From the NCBI GenBank assembly GCA_027036135.1, contig JALVSY010000016.1, positions 32,001 through 96,000 on the forward strand: a DNA stretch of 64,000 nucleotides, written 5' to 3'. Shown one piece after another: positions 63,511 to 64,000 of the stretch. The position numbers were made by a program, and so were the translations under genes. A model generated the notes under the pieces. It ran no database searches. It was given only the letters and a program-made list of their open reading frames with translations, and was not told the origin of the DNA. Numbering within the stretch: position 1 is the first letter of the stretch; each line of letters starts with the position of its first letter. This stretch comes from Pyrodictiaceae archaeon (GTDB lineage: Archaea > Thermoproteota > Thermoprotei_A > Sulfolobales > Pyrodictiaceae).

Positions 63511-64000
63511 ATGGGTGAAGAGCGCAAGACTATTGACTGGTATGAGTTTGCTCGTCGTCTCCACAAGTTCTATGAGGGGAAAATAGAGGTTCTCCCAAAG
63601 GTCCCCATAGGCAAGATGGACTACTACTCGATCTGGTACACTCCTGGCGTGGCTGGGCCAGCGAAGGATGATGCCGAGAACCCGGACGAGACTTTTCATA
63701 ATACATGGAGATGGAACGCCATAGCGGTTGTTAGTGATGGTACACGTGTACTCGGGCTTGGGAAGATAGGGCCTGAGGGAGCCCTACCCGTAATGGAGGG
63801 TAAGGCTCTTCTCTTCAAGGGCCTTGGAGGCGTAGACGCTATTCCCCTCGTGCACCGTGCACGTGACCCAGAGAAATTCCTGGAACTCCTAGAGCTCATA
63901 GAGCCTAGCTTCGGAGGCATAAACCTAGAAGATATCGAGAGCCCTAAGTGCTTCTACATACTCGACGAGGCGAGGAAGCGCCTCAACATCCCGGTGTGGC
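63511..64000 (+). CDS. mae: Malic enzyme (NAD(P)-dependent), runs off the window end
   Basis: Hand translation: [29 protein letters not shown] and GGINLEDI. Confidence 0.93.
   Translation, partial: MGEERKTIDWYEFARRLHKFYEGKIEVLPKVPIGKMDYYSIWYTPGVAGPAKDDAENPDETFHNTWRWNAIAVVSDGTRVLGLGKIGPEGALPVMEGKALLFKGLGGVDAIPLVHRARDPEKFLELLELIEPSFGGINLEDIESPKCFYILDEARKRLNIPVW

Overview
Gene-dense chromosome segment of a hyperthermophilic crenarchaeote, probably Desulfurococcales/Pyrodictiaceae (inferred from gene content: aIF-2beta, aEF-1beta, CDC48, FEN-1, Nob1, NMD3, crenarchaeal SAM decarboxylase, CCA-encoding tRNAs). Most of the window is housekeeping: translation and RNA modification genes, argG-argH-carA-carB, thrB-metB-thrC-hom-aspartokinase-asd, and a malate permease with malic enzyme. 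Two tRNA-anchored accessory regions stand out. (1) About 20.8-23.56 kb is a remnant of an SSV1-type integrated element, whose int(N) fragment reads into tRNA-Ala(GGC). It holds small DNA-binding genes (wHTH, Zn-finger, AbrB, RHH) and two box C/D guide RNA genes. All four 12-nt guides appear complementary to archaeal 16S rRNA as I recall it from memory. (2) About 41.4-44.4 kb is an AT-rich decayed island after tRNA-Arg(CCT), with a frameshifted GIY-YIG nuclease, a frameshifted 2H-phosphoesterase/metallophosphoesterase fusion and a 35-bp palindrome. Also noted: a multiply broken liv ABC operon, two apparent pseudo-enzymes flanking speH, an H/ACA-like hairpin and several genes with missing or shifted starts. 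Some single-base indels may be assembly errors. All calls are by-eye motif recognition with no database searches.
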